Positions 45,711 to 53,312 of a stretch of DNA of 54,326 bases are shown here, piece after piece. The translations under genes and the position numbers were made by a program. Within the stretch, counting starts at the first letter, position 1. Every line of letters begins with the position of its first letter. Below the pieces are notes generated by a model, which worked only from the letters and a program-made list of their open reading frames with translations, was not told the origin of the DNA and did not search any database. Source of the stretch: a virus (lineage: Duplodnaviria > Caudoviricetes); IMG/VR virus record IMGVR_UViG_3300051215_000040, positions 1 through 54,326 of that record, one strand, 5' to 3'.

Positions 45711-46795
45711 GCTTTCCATCCTATAGATGTGGTGATCAGATCTTTGAAAGCCTCAATAGACTTACTGCGCATTTCGCTGCGGTTGGCGCTTAGCCACTGG
45801 CGCAGGCACTCGGTTGGTGATTGCACGGCAACCAGCTGGCGCGTCTCTTTGACATATGAGGGCGCGTTGCTTATGGCGTAGTGCATGCCGCCATTGACAT
45901 AGACGGTCTTGGTGAGGCCGCGCCGAATCATCTCTTTAAGCTCGGTTTGAGACCCTGCGACCAGTGCGTCGGGGTTGCTTTTGCGAAACAGTTGGTAGCA
46001 GGCCTCTTTCACCATCTCAGGGCAGCCGTACTTCACATATTCAACGTCCTCGGCCCCGGCTTGCACCAGTTCGGCGATCTGGTCAAACTCTTTAGTCTCA
46101 AACCACATTTCCTTGGTGATTGATTTCAGATCCCAATCTGCAACGGTCTGGCGATCGCGCTCCAGCCGGATGAATTCCGGCTTTATGTTGTAGCCGTACT
46201 TCAGCTCTGTTTTGCAGATCAACAGCCCGCCCACGTAAAGTTCACCTGGCCGCTCCATCAAAATGTCTCCGTAGCTGGTCATGCGGATGGCCCCAATGTG
46301 GTCTTGCATGCGAATGCAGGATGCCTTTACCTGCTCAATGTCCGCACCAGAAAGTCCGTGCACAACAAATGTGAGGCCCTTGTTGCCACGCACCGGAGAC
46401 TGGCTTTCTTCAATGGCCAGCAGTTCTTCACCAAACTGCCGGTTGAATCGGAAGCGAGGCTTCCACAGCACGTCGCCATTCAGCATGTCCACGTCGTAGC
46501 CCATGCGCGTCAAAACCAGCAGGGCGATTTTGTAGCCCTCACCAAAGCTGCCGATGGCGTCCTTGCTGTCTGCCTTGCTGGTTGCTCCGAGCAACAATGT
46601 CTGTGGACTGAGTTTGGCAAACTCTGATGTGAGGTGCAGTGAGTAGGTTTCGTCGTCTGATTTCTTGAATGCGTAAACGAATGGCGAGTCGCTGTCGAGC
46701 GCGTTCTGGATTAGCTCGCGACAAGCCTCAGCCAAACCCCAGTGGCTGACGTAGTTCTTGACCAGCGACAGCTCGTAAATTTTCGGTCCAAACAT
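45707..46795 (-). CDS. GHKL (HATPase_c)-type ATPase-domain protein
   Basis: N-box RELIQNALD, LLLG.TSK, G-box IGSFGEGYKIALLVL; more AT-rich than its neighbours. Confidence 0.8.
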   Translation of the reverse strand: MFGPKIYELSLVKNYVSHWGLAEACRELIQNALDSDSPFVYAFKKSDDETYSLHLTSEFAKLSPQTLLLGATSKADSKDAIGSFGEGYKIALLVLTRMGYDVDMLNGDVLWKPRFRFNRQFGEELLAIEESQSPVRGNKGLTFVVHGLSGADIEQVKASCIRMQDHIGAIRMTSYGDILMERPGELYVGGLLICKTELKYGYNIKPEFIRLERDRQTVADWDLKSITKEMWFETKEFDQIAELVQAGAEDVEYVKYGCPEMVKEACYQLFRKSNPDALVAGSQTELKEMIRRGLTKTVYVNGGMHYAISNAPSYVKETRQLVAVQSPTECLRQWLSANRSEMRSKSIEAFKDLITTSIGWKA

Positions 46796-47178
46796 TATTT
46801 CTCCTTCGGTTTAAAAGCCTCATCCCAGCTCAGGGCGTCCAAGCTGGCCATGTCGGTCCATTTCAATGCGCGGGCCGTGGCCAGCGTGTAGGTGTTCTTC
46901 CAGTCGGTGCTGGCGTCGGCGTAGGTCGCTTGCGCCTTGGCGATCGCTGCGGGCTTGGACCTGGCCACCACGTTGTAGAGCCGCAGCCAAGCTCCCGTCT
47001 CGCGGTGCTGGCCAAACACGGCCCACTTGGGTGATGGCTTGGTGGGCTTGGTGTACTGCTTGCCTGTGCCCCGGCAGCGAAAACACTCGCCGCCGATCAC
47101 GTTGGAAAACTGCGACATGCGGCCGGACCCGGCGCAGCGGCTGCAGGCGTATGCCTGGCGTGGAGCTGCGTCGCTCAT
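46795..47178 (-). CDS. DnaJ-type Zn-finger protein
   Basis: CSRCAGSG...GECFRCRGTG. Confidence 0.7.
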   Translation of the reverse strand: MSDAAPRQAYACSRCAGSGRMSQFSNVIGGECFRCRGTGKQYTKPTKPSPKWAVFGQHRETGAWLRLYNVVARSKPAAIAKAQATYADASTDWKNTYTLATARALKWTDMASLDALSWDEAFKPKEK

Positions 47179-47429
47179 GCCTGCTTCCTTGCCTCGAAAG
47201 CCTCGTGCAGGCTGCGCGGCGTGCGCAGGGGGAAAGGCAGCACCAGGCTGGAAATCTTGCCGTCTGGCACCGGGGTGGTCAGGCGCGGCTCGCGTGCGGC
47301 CATCACCCAGCGGTCGCCAAGCAGGCGAACCGAGCGCACCCACTTGCGCATGTTGGCCCGCTGCGTGGCACGGTCGGCGTGGCCGATGCACCAAAGGTGG
47401 CGGGCAAGTTTTAGCATCGTTGTGTTCAT
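47175..47429 (-). CDS. Hypothetical protein
   Basis: GGAGG RBS; R.N.RKWVRSVR.LGDRW motif. Confidence 0.7.
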   Translation of the reverse strand: MNTTMLKLARHLWCIGHADRATQRANMRKWVRSVRLLGDRWVMAAREPRLTTPVPDGKISSLVLPFPLRTPRSLHEAFEARKQA

Positions 47430-47432
47430 GGT

Positions 47433-47756
47433 TTAGTCCTCCAGTTGCTCAGTGATTTCCTGCTCGATGCGCTCGCGGTCCGCGTCGGTTGCCTTGCGCT
47501 CAAGCCAGGGGGCGGGGCGGCCGCGCCGGTCGAGGATGTCAAACTCGCACTCGGTGTAGCCGTAGTAATCCATGTCGCTGTCGCAGGTGTGCGCGCTGCC
47601 CCGGTGCGGGGACTGGCGAAAGAAATGCGTCACCTTGGCGATGCAAGGAATGCCAGCGACGCGTGTCTCGATTTCCATGTGTGAATCTCCTGTGTGAAAT
47701 GCGGCCCCAAGAAACGGGGCCAGGGCCTGTTGCATGATTGGGTGAAGGTTGCTCAT
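47433..47756 (-). CDS. Hypothetical protein (first gene of leftward arm)
   Basis: GIPC..V..F...SD.DYYG.TE..F..LDRRGR.A.WLE.K; an internal start near 47678 with AGGAG RBS is also possible. Confidence 0.65.
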   Translation of the reverse strand: MSNLHPIMQQALAPFLGAAFHTGDSHMEIETRVAGIPCIAKVTHFFRQSPHRGSAHTCDSDMDYYGYTECEFDILDRRGRPAPWLERKATDADRERIEQEITEQLED

Positions 47757-47882
47757 AAAAAACCCCGTTTGTGTTGCGGTAAATGCATCTTGCCATCGAA
47801 AAACATGGGCTGCAAGGGGTTTGCGTGGGTTTCCTTGAGATATTTTCGGTCAAGTGTTGCTTTTTACGCTACACTCCCCGGC
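47757..47882. promoter_or_regulatory. Divergent control region
   Basis: Leftward TTGCAG-N17-CAAGAT with TGn extension (47815-47787); rightward TACACT at 47870; TGTTGC-type operator-like boxes at 47772 and 47855. Confidence 0.6.
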
Positions 47883-48167
47883 ATGATCGCAGAAACCAAA
47901 GACCCCTCCCTGGAAACGCACCTGGAAACCCCAGCCGACAAGTGCATCACCGCCTTCGGTGGCGTGCGTGCGCTTGCCCGCGCCCTGGAGCGAAACCCCA
48001 GCTCTGTGGTGCGCTGGCGCAAGCCCAAGGACGAGGGCGGCAGCAACGGCGCTGTGCCGTCCGCGCTGCAGGGCCGCATTCTGGCCATCGCCCAGGCTCG
48101 CGGCCTGAGCCTGAGTGCCGAGGACCTGATCTTGCGCACCGCAGGCGACTGGCAGTTGGATGCTTGA
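47883..48167 (+). CDS. Cro-like HTH transcriptional regulator
   Basis: I.AFGGVRALARAL...PSSV.RW......G.G.VP; first gene of the rightward arm. Confidence 0.8.
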   Translation: MIAETKDPSLETHLETPADKCITAFGGVRALARALERNPSSVVRWRKPKDEGGSNGAVPSALQGRILAIAQARGLSLSAEDLILRTAGDWQLDA

Positions 48168-48358
48168 TGATCAGCGACCGGATGCTTTTGGGGGCGATTT
48201 CGCACACCCGCTACGAGCTGCCGCGTGACATTGCGGTGCGGGTGGGCAAACGCCGCATCAACGCCGCTTTGGGCCGCCTGATTCGCTCCGGCCAGCTCGA
48301 ACGCGTGCCCGGTCCGACTTGCTTTTTGTACCGCTCAAAACAAGCGAGGATTACGTGA
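48167..48358 (+). CDS. Small winged-helix-like protein
   Basis: DIA.RV....INAALGRL.RSG.LER..G....Y; TGATG-coupled. Confidence 0.6.
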   Translation: MISDRMLLGAISHTRYELPRDIAVRVGKRRINAALGRLIRSGQLERVPGPTCFLYRSKQARIT

Positions 48359-48567
48359 CCAAAAACGAGGCGAAAAATTATGGTTGCTATAACCGCCCAG
48401 AGTATCGCAAGATGCTACCCGTGCAAGACGGCTGGTGGCTTGATGGCCAGACCCGCGTCGCCAAGATGGTCGCCTCCCCGTTTCGCATGACCCCCGAGTG
48501 CCAATACACCCACACCGCGCTCGGGCGGGAAGATCACAAGTGTGTGGGGTGCAAACACCGGGCGTGA
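48355..48567 (+). CDS. Small Cys-motif protein
   Basis: YGC.NR...CQY......D..C.GC.HR; GTGA overlap. Confidence 0.65.
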   Translation: MTKNEAKNYGCYNRPEYRKMLPVQDGWWLDGQTRVAKMVASPFRMTPECQYTHTALGREDHKCVGCKHRA

Positions 48568-48591
48568 GCCCACAAACCTACGGAGGGCTGT

Positions 48592-48732
48592 ATGAGCCAA
48601 CCAGAGAAAAAACCACCGCCACCTGTTCAGTGGCCATTCCCACCCGCCACCGGCCCCGTGCCGTGGACCCCTGGCCAGCTGCGTGCCTACAAACACCAGC
48701 AACGCGAACAGGTCGAGGAGGCACCATGGTGA
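48592..48732 (+). CDS. 46-aa Pro-rich peptide (not in ORF track)
   Basis: GGAGG RBS; QWPFPPATGPVPWT motif; TGATG coupling. Confidence 0.6.
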   Translation: MSQPEKKPPPPVQWPFPPATGPVPWTPGQLRAYKHQQREQVEEAPW

Positions 48733-48965
48733 TGAGCACTGACCCAGTCGAACAGTTCCTGATCGAGGTGCACAGCTTGCGCGATCGTGATGGTCGCTTG
48801 GCCGCGTACCGTTTAGGAGAAGACCTCCAAGACGAGATCCGAATCGCTCAAATCCTGGTCGCAAAGATCACGGCGATGGAGCGCGAGGCGTGCGCAAGGG
48901 TTGCCGAGCGATCCGAGTCTGCTTTGCACTGCGCCGCCGCAATCCGCGCCAGGAGCCAACCATGA
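48732..48965 (+). CDS. Hypothetical protein
   Basis: EREACA.VAE...CAAAIRAR motif. Confidence 0.65.
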   Translation: MSTDPVEQFLIEVHSLRDRDGRLAAYRLGEDLQDEIRIAQILVAKITAMEREACARVAERSESALHCAAAIRARSQP

Positions 48966-49120
48966 ACTACCACGGCGCAATCACCCAAGCACTGGTCGAC
49001 GAGCTGCTCGCCGTCGTCCACAAATACGACCAGACCATGCTGCTGCCGACCGCGCTCGGCTGCCTGGACTTGGTCAAGGCGCAGCTGATTCAGGAGCACA
49101 TTGATGAGGACGACGAATGA
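48962..49120 (+). CDS. Hypothetical protein
   Basis: AGGAG RBS; ATGA-coupled. Confidence 0.65.
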   Translation: MNYHGAITQALVDELLAVVHKYDQTMLLPTALGCLDLVKAQLIQEHIDEDDE

Positions 49121-49440
49121 TTCACTACACACGCGAAGGCGAGCACATCCGCCTTGGACTGAACTTTCGATTCACGCCTTACAGCTTGACGCTGATTTGG
49201 GCTTGGTACGACTTTGCCGCGCACAGCGCCACGACCTACCGTTTCCGTCTGCGGCTGCATCGCAAGCCGGTTTTTATGTTCGAAAAAAATCGCTTCAACG
49301 TGATCGACACATACCTGCACCTGCACGGGATGGAGGTTGTGCACAGCGAAGTACTGCAAGACCTCAAAGCGATCGAGCAGGCCACCTGGCGGCGGACAAC
49401 AGCAAACGCGTGGATCAAGCCGGGGGATTTGAATGACTGA
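49117..49440 (+). CDS. Hypothetical protein
   Basis: ATGA-coupled 107 aa ORF. Confidence 0.6.
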   Translation: MIHYTREGEHIRLGLNFRFTPYSLTLIWAWYDFAAHSATTYRFRLRLHRKPVFMFEKNRFNVIDTYLHLHGMEVVHSEVLQDLKAIEQATWRRTTANAWIKPGDLND

Positions 49441-49621
49441 AATCACTCAACCAAAACTTACAGTAATTCCGTCATCCGACCAAAAAGCGACAGGCTCTGA
49501 GCTTATGAATGACTTGCGGGATCTTATCAATTCACCAAAGTATGACCACATGACCGTGGCCACACTGATTGGTGTTTTGGAAATGACCAAGCTGCACTAC
49601 TGGAGTGTCAACAATGAATGA
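49433..49621 (+). CDS. Hypothetical protein (resembles 48962-49120)
   Basis: KYD...ATLIGVLEMTK compared with KYD...PTALGCLDLVK. Confidence 0.6.
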   Translation: MTEITQPKLTVIPSSDQKATGSELMNDLRDLINSPKYDHMTVATLIGVLEMTKLHYWSVNNE

Positions 49622-49733
49622 AGGCGAAAAAGCCGGGTGCTGGGCTATGGCGTATTTGTACATCGCGTTGTTCGGTGTTTGGTTTACCGTGTTCGCCATA
49701 GCCTGGTACCACATCAAGGAGTGGCTTGCATGA
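49614..49733 (+). CDS. 39-aa single-TM peptide (not in ORF track)
   Basis: GGAG RBS; hydrophobic YLYIALFGVWFTVFAIAW; ATGA overlap. Confidence 0.5.
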   Translation: MNEGEKAGCWAMAYLYIALFGVWFTVFAIAWYHIKEWLA

Positions 49734-50029
49734 CTGAAATCATCGACCTCGCCAAGGCCCGCAAGGAGCGCGAGCCGCACATCGCAGGCGTGCTGTTTTG
49801 CCAGGGGTGCGATTACGAATGGAGCACTGTGTGGGAGATGGGTACCACCGAGTTTGAGTGCCCGGCGTGCAACAGCATGCGCGGGCGCAGCAAGTTCGAC
49901 GTGGCCCCCACGCCGGGCTCGAAGGTCTGGAGCTGCATGTCCTGCGGCAACCAGCTGTTCAACCTCCTGCCCGATCGCGTCCACTGCCCTGGCTGCGGCA
50001 AGCAGTGGGATTATGGGGAGCTGTCATGA
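49730..50029 (+). CDS. Double Zn-ribbon protein
   Basis: Four CxxC pairs; AAGGAG RBS. Confidence 0.7.
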   Translation: MTEIIDLAKARKEREPHIAGVLFCQGCDYEWSTVWEMGTTEFECPACNSMRGRSKFDVAPTPGSKVWSCMSCGNQLFNLLPDRVHCPGCGKQWDYGELS

Positions 50030-50265
50030 CTCGGGATAAATTCGAGGCAACGCTCAAAAAGAACGCCTACTTGGAAATCTATGATTTCCTTACTCACATC
50101 GCCAGATCTGGAGAGCCAAACGAGATCAGCGCGGAGTGGCTTTCTCACATTCCGCACGGGTTTACATTTGATGAAATGCTCAGGAATCGAGGCCTGACCG
50201 CAAAATTTATCAAGTCCACCGGACGGTACTTCGTGGAGCGGCGACCACTGCCGGGCAAGCGATGA
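50026..50265 (+). CDS. Hypothetical protein
   Basis: GGAG RBS; ATGA overlaps on both sides. Confidence 0.55.
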   Translation: MTRDKFEATLKKNAYLEIYDFLTHIARSGEPNEISAEWLSHIPHGFTFDEMLRNRGLTAKFIKSTGRYFVERRPLPGKR

Positions 50266-51680
50266 TCACCCCCCGCCCCCGCCAAGCCCAGGCCATCGCC
50301 GACCTGCGCAAAGCCTACCGCTTTGGCCATAAAGCCCCCATCCTGATTGCCCCGACCGGTTTTGGCAAATCCGCAACCGCGATCTGCATGATTCAGAGCG
50401 CCTTGGACAAAGGCAAGCGCGTCTGGTTCATCGCGCACCTCAAGGAAATTCTGAACGACACCAGCTCGCGCCTGACCGACGCTGGCATCAAGCACGGCTG
50501 GATTGCATCTGGCCGCGACGGCAACCGCCGCTTGCCCGTGCAGGTGGCCATGGTGCAAACGCTGGTGCGCCGACTGGACCAGCATCAGCCGCCGGACCTG
50601 ATCATCGTAGACGAGGCGCACCTGGCTGTGGCCAACACCTACCAGCAGATTTTCGAGTGGGCTGGCGCTGGCCCCAAGTTCAAGCGGCCCGGCGGCGCGC
50701 ACCTGCTGCACCTCACCGCCACGCCCTGTCGCCTTGACGGCCGGGGCATGGGCGAGGTGGCCGATATTCTGGTGCCCACCTGCAGCACGCAAGACCTGAT
50801 CGACGAGGGCCTGCTGGCCGCCATCCGCTACTACGCGCCCAGCGAGCCGGACCTGTCCGGTGTGCACACAGTGGCGGGCGACTTCAACCAAGGGGAGCTG
50901 GCCGCCGCGATGGACAAGCCCGTCATCACCGGCAGCGCCGTTGCGCATTACCGTAAGCTCGCGCACAACCGCCCGGCCGTGGCGTTTTGCGTCACCGTCG
51001 AGCACGCCACCAACGTGGCCGAGCAGTTCCGCCAGGCCGGGTACCGAGCTGTGGCGATCAGCGGCGAGTCCGACACCGTGGAGCGCGACGCCGCCCTGCA
51101 AGGCCTGCGCGATGGCAGCCTGGACGTGGTTTGCAACTGCGCCTTGTGGGTCGCCGGAGTGGACGCCCCGACGATCGGTTGCATCATCTTGCTCACGCCA
51201 ACGCAGTCAGTCGTGAAGTACTTGCAGTCCGTTGGCCGTGGCCTGCGCACGCACCCGGGCAAAACCGACTGCATTGTGCTCGACCACGCCGGCAACGTGA
51301 AGCGCCATGGGCTGCCTACCGACCTGCGCGAGTGGACGCTGGCCGCCGTCGAAAAAAAGAAGAACGCCAAGAAGTCCGAGGTGCCAGTAAAAACGTGCCC
51401 CGTGTGCTTTGCCACCGTGCCTTCGGTTGTGACCGACTGCCAGTGCGGGCACCACTTCGAGCCCATGGGGCGCGAGATCAACGAGGTTGAGGGCGAGCTG
51501 CAGGAAATCACCGCCGCCGCAAAGGCCGCCGCTGTAAAAACCCGCAAGGTTGAGCAGGGAAGAGCGCAGACCGAGGCTGACCTGATTCGCATCGGGATGG
51601 CAAGAGGGATGAAAAGGCCCGCCCTTTGGGCTCGACATGTTCTTCGCGCAAGAGCTGCAAAAGAAGCGCAACAGAGGTAA
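50262..51680 (+). CDS. Superfamily 2 DEAH helicase with C-terminal Zn finger (RadD/YejH-like)
   Basis: APTGFGKS, IIVDEAH, LTATP, QSVGRGLR, LDHAGN and CPVC...CQCG. Confidence 0.93.
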   Translation: MITPRPRQAQAIADLRKAYRFGHKAPILIAPTGFGKSATAICMIQSALDKGKRVWFIAHLKEILNDTSSRLTDAGIKHGWIASGRDGNRRLPVQVAMVQTLVRRLDQHQPPDLIIVDEAHLAVANTYQQIFEWAGAGPKFKRPGGAHLLHLTATPCRLDGRGMGEVADILVPTCSTQDLIDEGLLAAIRYYAPSEPDLSGVHTVAGDFNQGELAAAMDKPVITGSAVAHYRKLAHNRPAVAFCVTVEHATNVAEQFRQAGYRAVAISGESDTVERDAALQGLRDGSLDVVCNCALWVAGVDAPTIGCIILLTPTQSVVKYLQSVGRGLRTHPGKTDCIVLDHAGNVKRHGLPTDLREWTLAAVEKKKNAKKSEVPVKTCPVCFATVPSVVTDCQCGHHFEPMGREINEVEGELQEITAAAKAAAVKTRKVEQGRAQTEADLIRIGMARGMKRPALWARHVLRARAAKEAQQR

Positions 51681-51689
51681 CATGGTGCA

Positions 51690-51718
51690 ACGCCCCGGTG
51701 CTACCAACACCGAGGCGT
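51690..51718. promoter_or_regulatory. Hairpin upstream of HNH-AP2 gene
   Basis: ACGCC-C-CGGTG-CTACCAA-CACCG-A-GGCGT; fully paired (one U-G) on the minus strand. Confidence 0.45.
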
Positions 51719-51753
51719 CACTTCCCAAACCACCGCGATAGGGGCGCAGCAGC

Positions 51754-52251
51754 ATGAGCAAGACAAATTCTATTCCAGTCAATCTTTTGAGGGAGATGTT
51801 TTTTTATAACCACCTCACAGGACAATTTTTTTATCGCACAAATGTTGGCGACAAGATCAAAGCCGGATCCGTTGCAGGCGGACCTAACGGTGGCGGATAT
51901 TGGTGCATCCAGGTAAACCGCAAAAAATACAAAGCTCACCGTATGGCGTGGGCTTACGCGAATGGTGTTTGGCCGGATGGAAAAATTGATCACATCAACG
52001 GGGATGGGCTTGACAATCGGATTGCAAACCTGAGATGCGTTACTCATGCTCAAAACCATCAAAATCGTAGGACGCCAAATAAAAACACAAAAGTTGGTTT
52101 GCTTGGTGTTGACTTTAAAAAAGACAAGTTTCGCGCAAGAATCACCATCAATGGCAAGCAGCACGATCTTGGCCGCTTTGACACCGCAGAAGATGCGCAT
52201 GCTGCGTACCTGAAAAAGAAACGCGAGTTACATCCGTATGGCACTCTTTGA
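51754..52251 (+). CDS. HNH homing endonuclease with AP2 domain
   Basis: AHRMAW...IDHING..LDNRIANLR..T..QN; AP2-like F.ARI..NGK...LG.F.TAE.A..AY; AT-rich. Confidence 0.92.
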   Translation: MSKTNSIPVNLLREMFFYNHLTGQFFYRTNVGDKIKAGSVAGGPNGGGYWCIQVNRKKYKAHRMAWAYANGVWPDGKIDHINGDGLDNRIANLRCVTHAQNHQNRRTPNKNTKVGLLGVDFKKDKFRARITINGKQHDLGRFDTAEDAHAAYLKKKRELHPYGTL

Positions 52252-52510
52252 ATCATGCCCCGCCTGCAACCACCCCCGCACCAAGCTGCTCGACGGCACA
52301 GAAACCTGCACCTGGTCCGAGACCTGGCGTGCCGAGTGCGAAGCCAGCGCCGTGCTGGCCATCCCAGACAAGCTGGCCCGGCGCGAGTTCCTGCGTGGCC
52401 GCGAGGAGGCCGGGAAAATCGTCAAACGCGGGGTGCTTCAGGTGCGCGGTGAAAAAGCCTGCAAGGCGCTGGAGGCCATGGTGCTCAAAATTTGGGAGGC
52501 GCGGCGGTGA
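52238..52510 (+). CDS. Hypothetical protein
   Basis: TWSE.WR.ECEA..VL...RR..L....RG motif, a conserved phage family. Confidence 0.65.
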   Translation: MALFESCPACNHPRTKLLDGTETCTWSETWRAECEASAVLAIPDKLARREFLRGREEAGKIVKRGVLQVRGEKACKALEAMVLKIWEARR

Positions 52511-52857
52511 GTGGGGGTCGAATTAAACCGGAAACTCCACCCCCACTCAGCGAGGCGGACATCATGCGCTCCATCATGGTGGCGCTCTCGGCCGACGGGC
52601 ACTTCGTGGCCAGGGCCAACGTGGGGCTGTTCTTCACCGCAGACGGCAGGCCCGTCAAAACCGGGCTACCCAAGGGGTTCAGCGACTTGTTTGGGTTTCG
52701 TGCCAGCGACTGCCGTTTTTTCGCGCTCGAGGTCAAGACCGCCAAGGGCCGCCCATCGCCAGAGCAGCTGGCCTTCATCGCCGCCATGAAAAAGCGCGGT
52801 GCCATCGCCGCCATCGTGCGGTCGGTGGAGGATGCCAGGCTGGCGGTGGCTGAATAG
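52507..52857 (+). CDS. VRR-NUC (PD-(D/E)XK) nuclease / resolvase-like
   Basis: E..I...I, G.SDL.G, ALEVKT..GR.S.EQ..F motifs. Confidence 0.88.
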   Translation: MSGGRIKPETPPPLSEADIMRSIMVALSADGHFVARANVGLFFTADGRPVKTGLPKGFSDLFGFRASDCRFFALEVKTAKGRPSPEQLAFIAAMKKRGAIAAIVRSVEDARLAVAE

Positions 52858-52858
52858 G

Positions 52859-53131
52859 CCCCGTCTCTCCGGGGTGTCTCGGTGTTTGCCTGCCCAGGAC
52901 CACCGTTGCCCCTTGGTATCGTCCCGACTTCCGCCACAGGCCCGTACACCTTGGTCTCGTGATCCTAGGTTACGTGATGTTAACGCGGGTCATGACTCCG
53001 CCTCACCATCACGGCTGGGGGCTGTTCCGGGCCTCCGGGAACCCCCAGAGGACAACCCCCATGCGTGATGATGACACCCCACCGACCCGTTTTCGCCGAG
53101 TTACATGAACTCCGTTTCAGCGGGGTGTCGG
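52859..53131 (-). ncRNA. Highly structured antisense RNA candidate
   Basis: Minus-strand extended -10 (TG-G-TAGCAT, 53145-53137), 13-bp 5' stem, long nested hairpin and terminal CCCCG-GAGAGA-CGGGG hairpin; no credible ORF. Confidence 0.5.
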
Positions 53132-53221
53132 GCACGATGCTACCACAACTGTTGCGCAAAACCGCACAGTTATTTCGACCCCTGTTGCGTTTTTCCGCGC
53201 ACACACCCTTATACTGTCCAT

Positions 53222-53312
53222 GGGGCTCGATCCGGTTAGCTACCGGGTGACACATGGCCTGACCCTGGCGAGGGCTGCCCCACCTTTTATTCGCCGGCTT
53301 CAGATGCCAGGT
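53222..53312 (+). promoter_or_regulatory. Structured 5' leader of primase gene
   Basis: Follows TATACT (53210-15); GGGGC/GCCCC closing stem, CCGGT-TAGCT-ACCGG hairpin; CCTGGCGA can pair with downstream boxes near the ATG. Confidence 0.5.

Noticed and set aside
52799-53255. Short ORFs in the pre-primase gap (52799-53068, 52980-53255, 53065-53250)
   Set aside because: No convincing coding features or motifs; the region is better explained by promoters and RNA structure.
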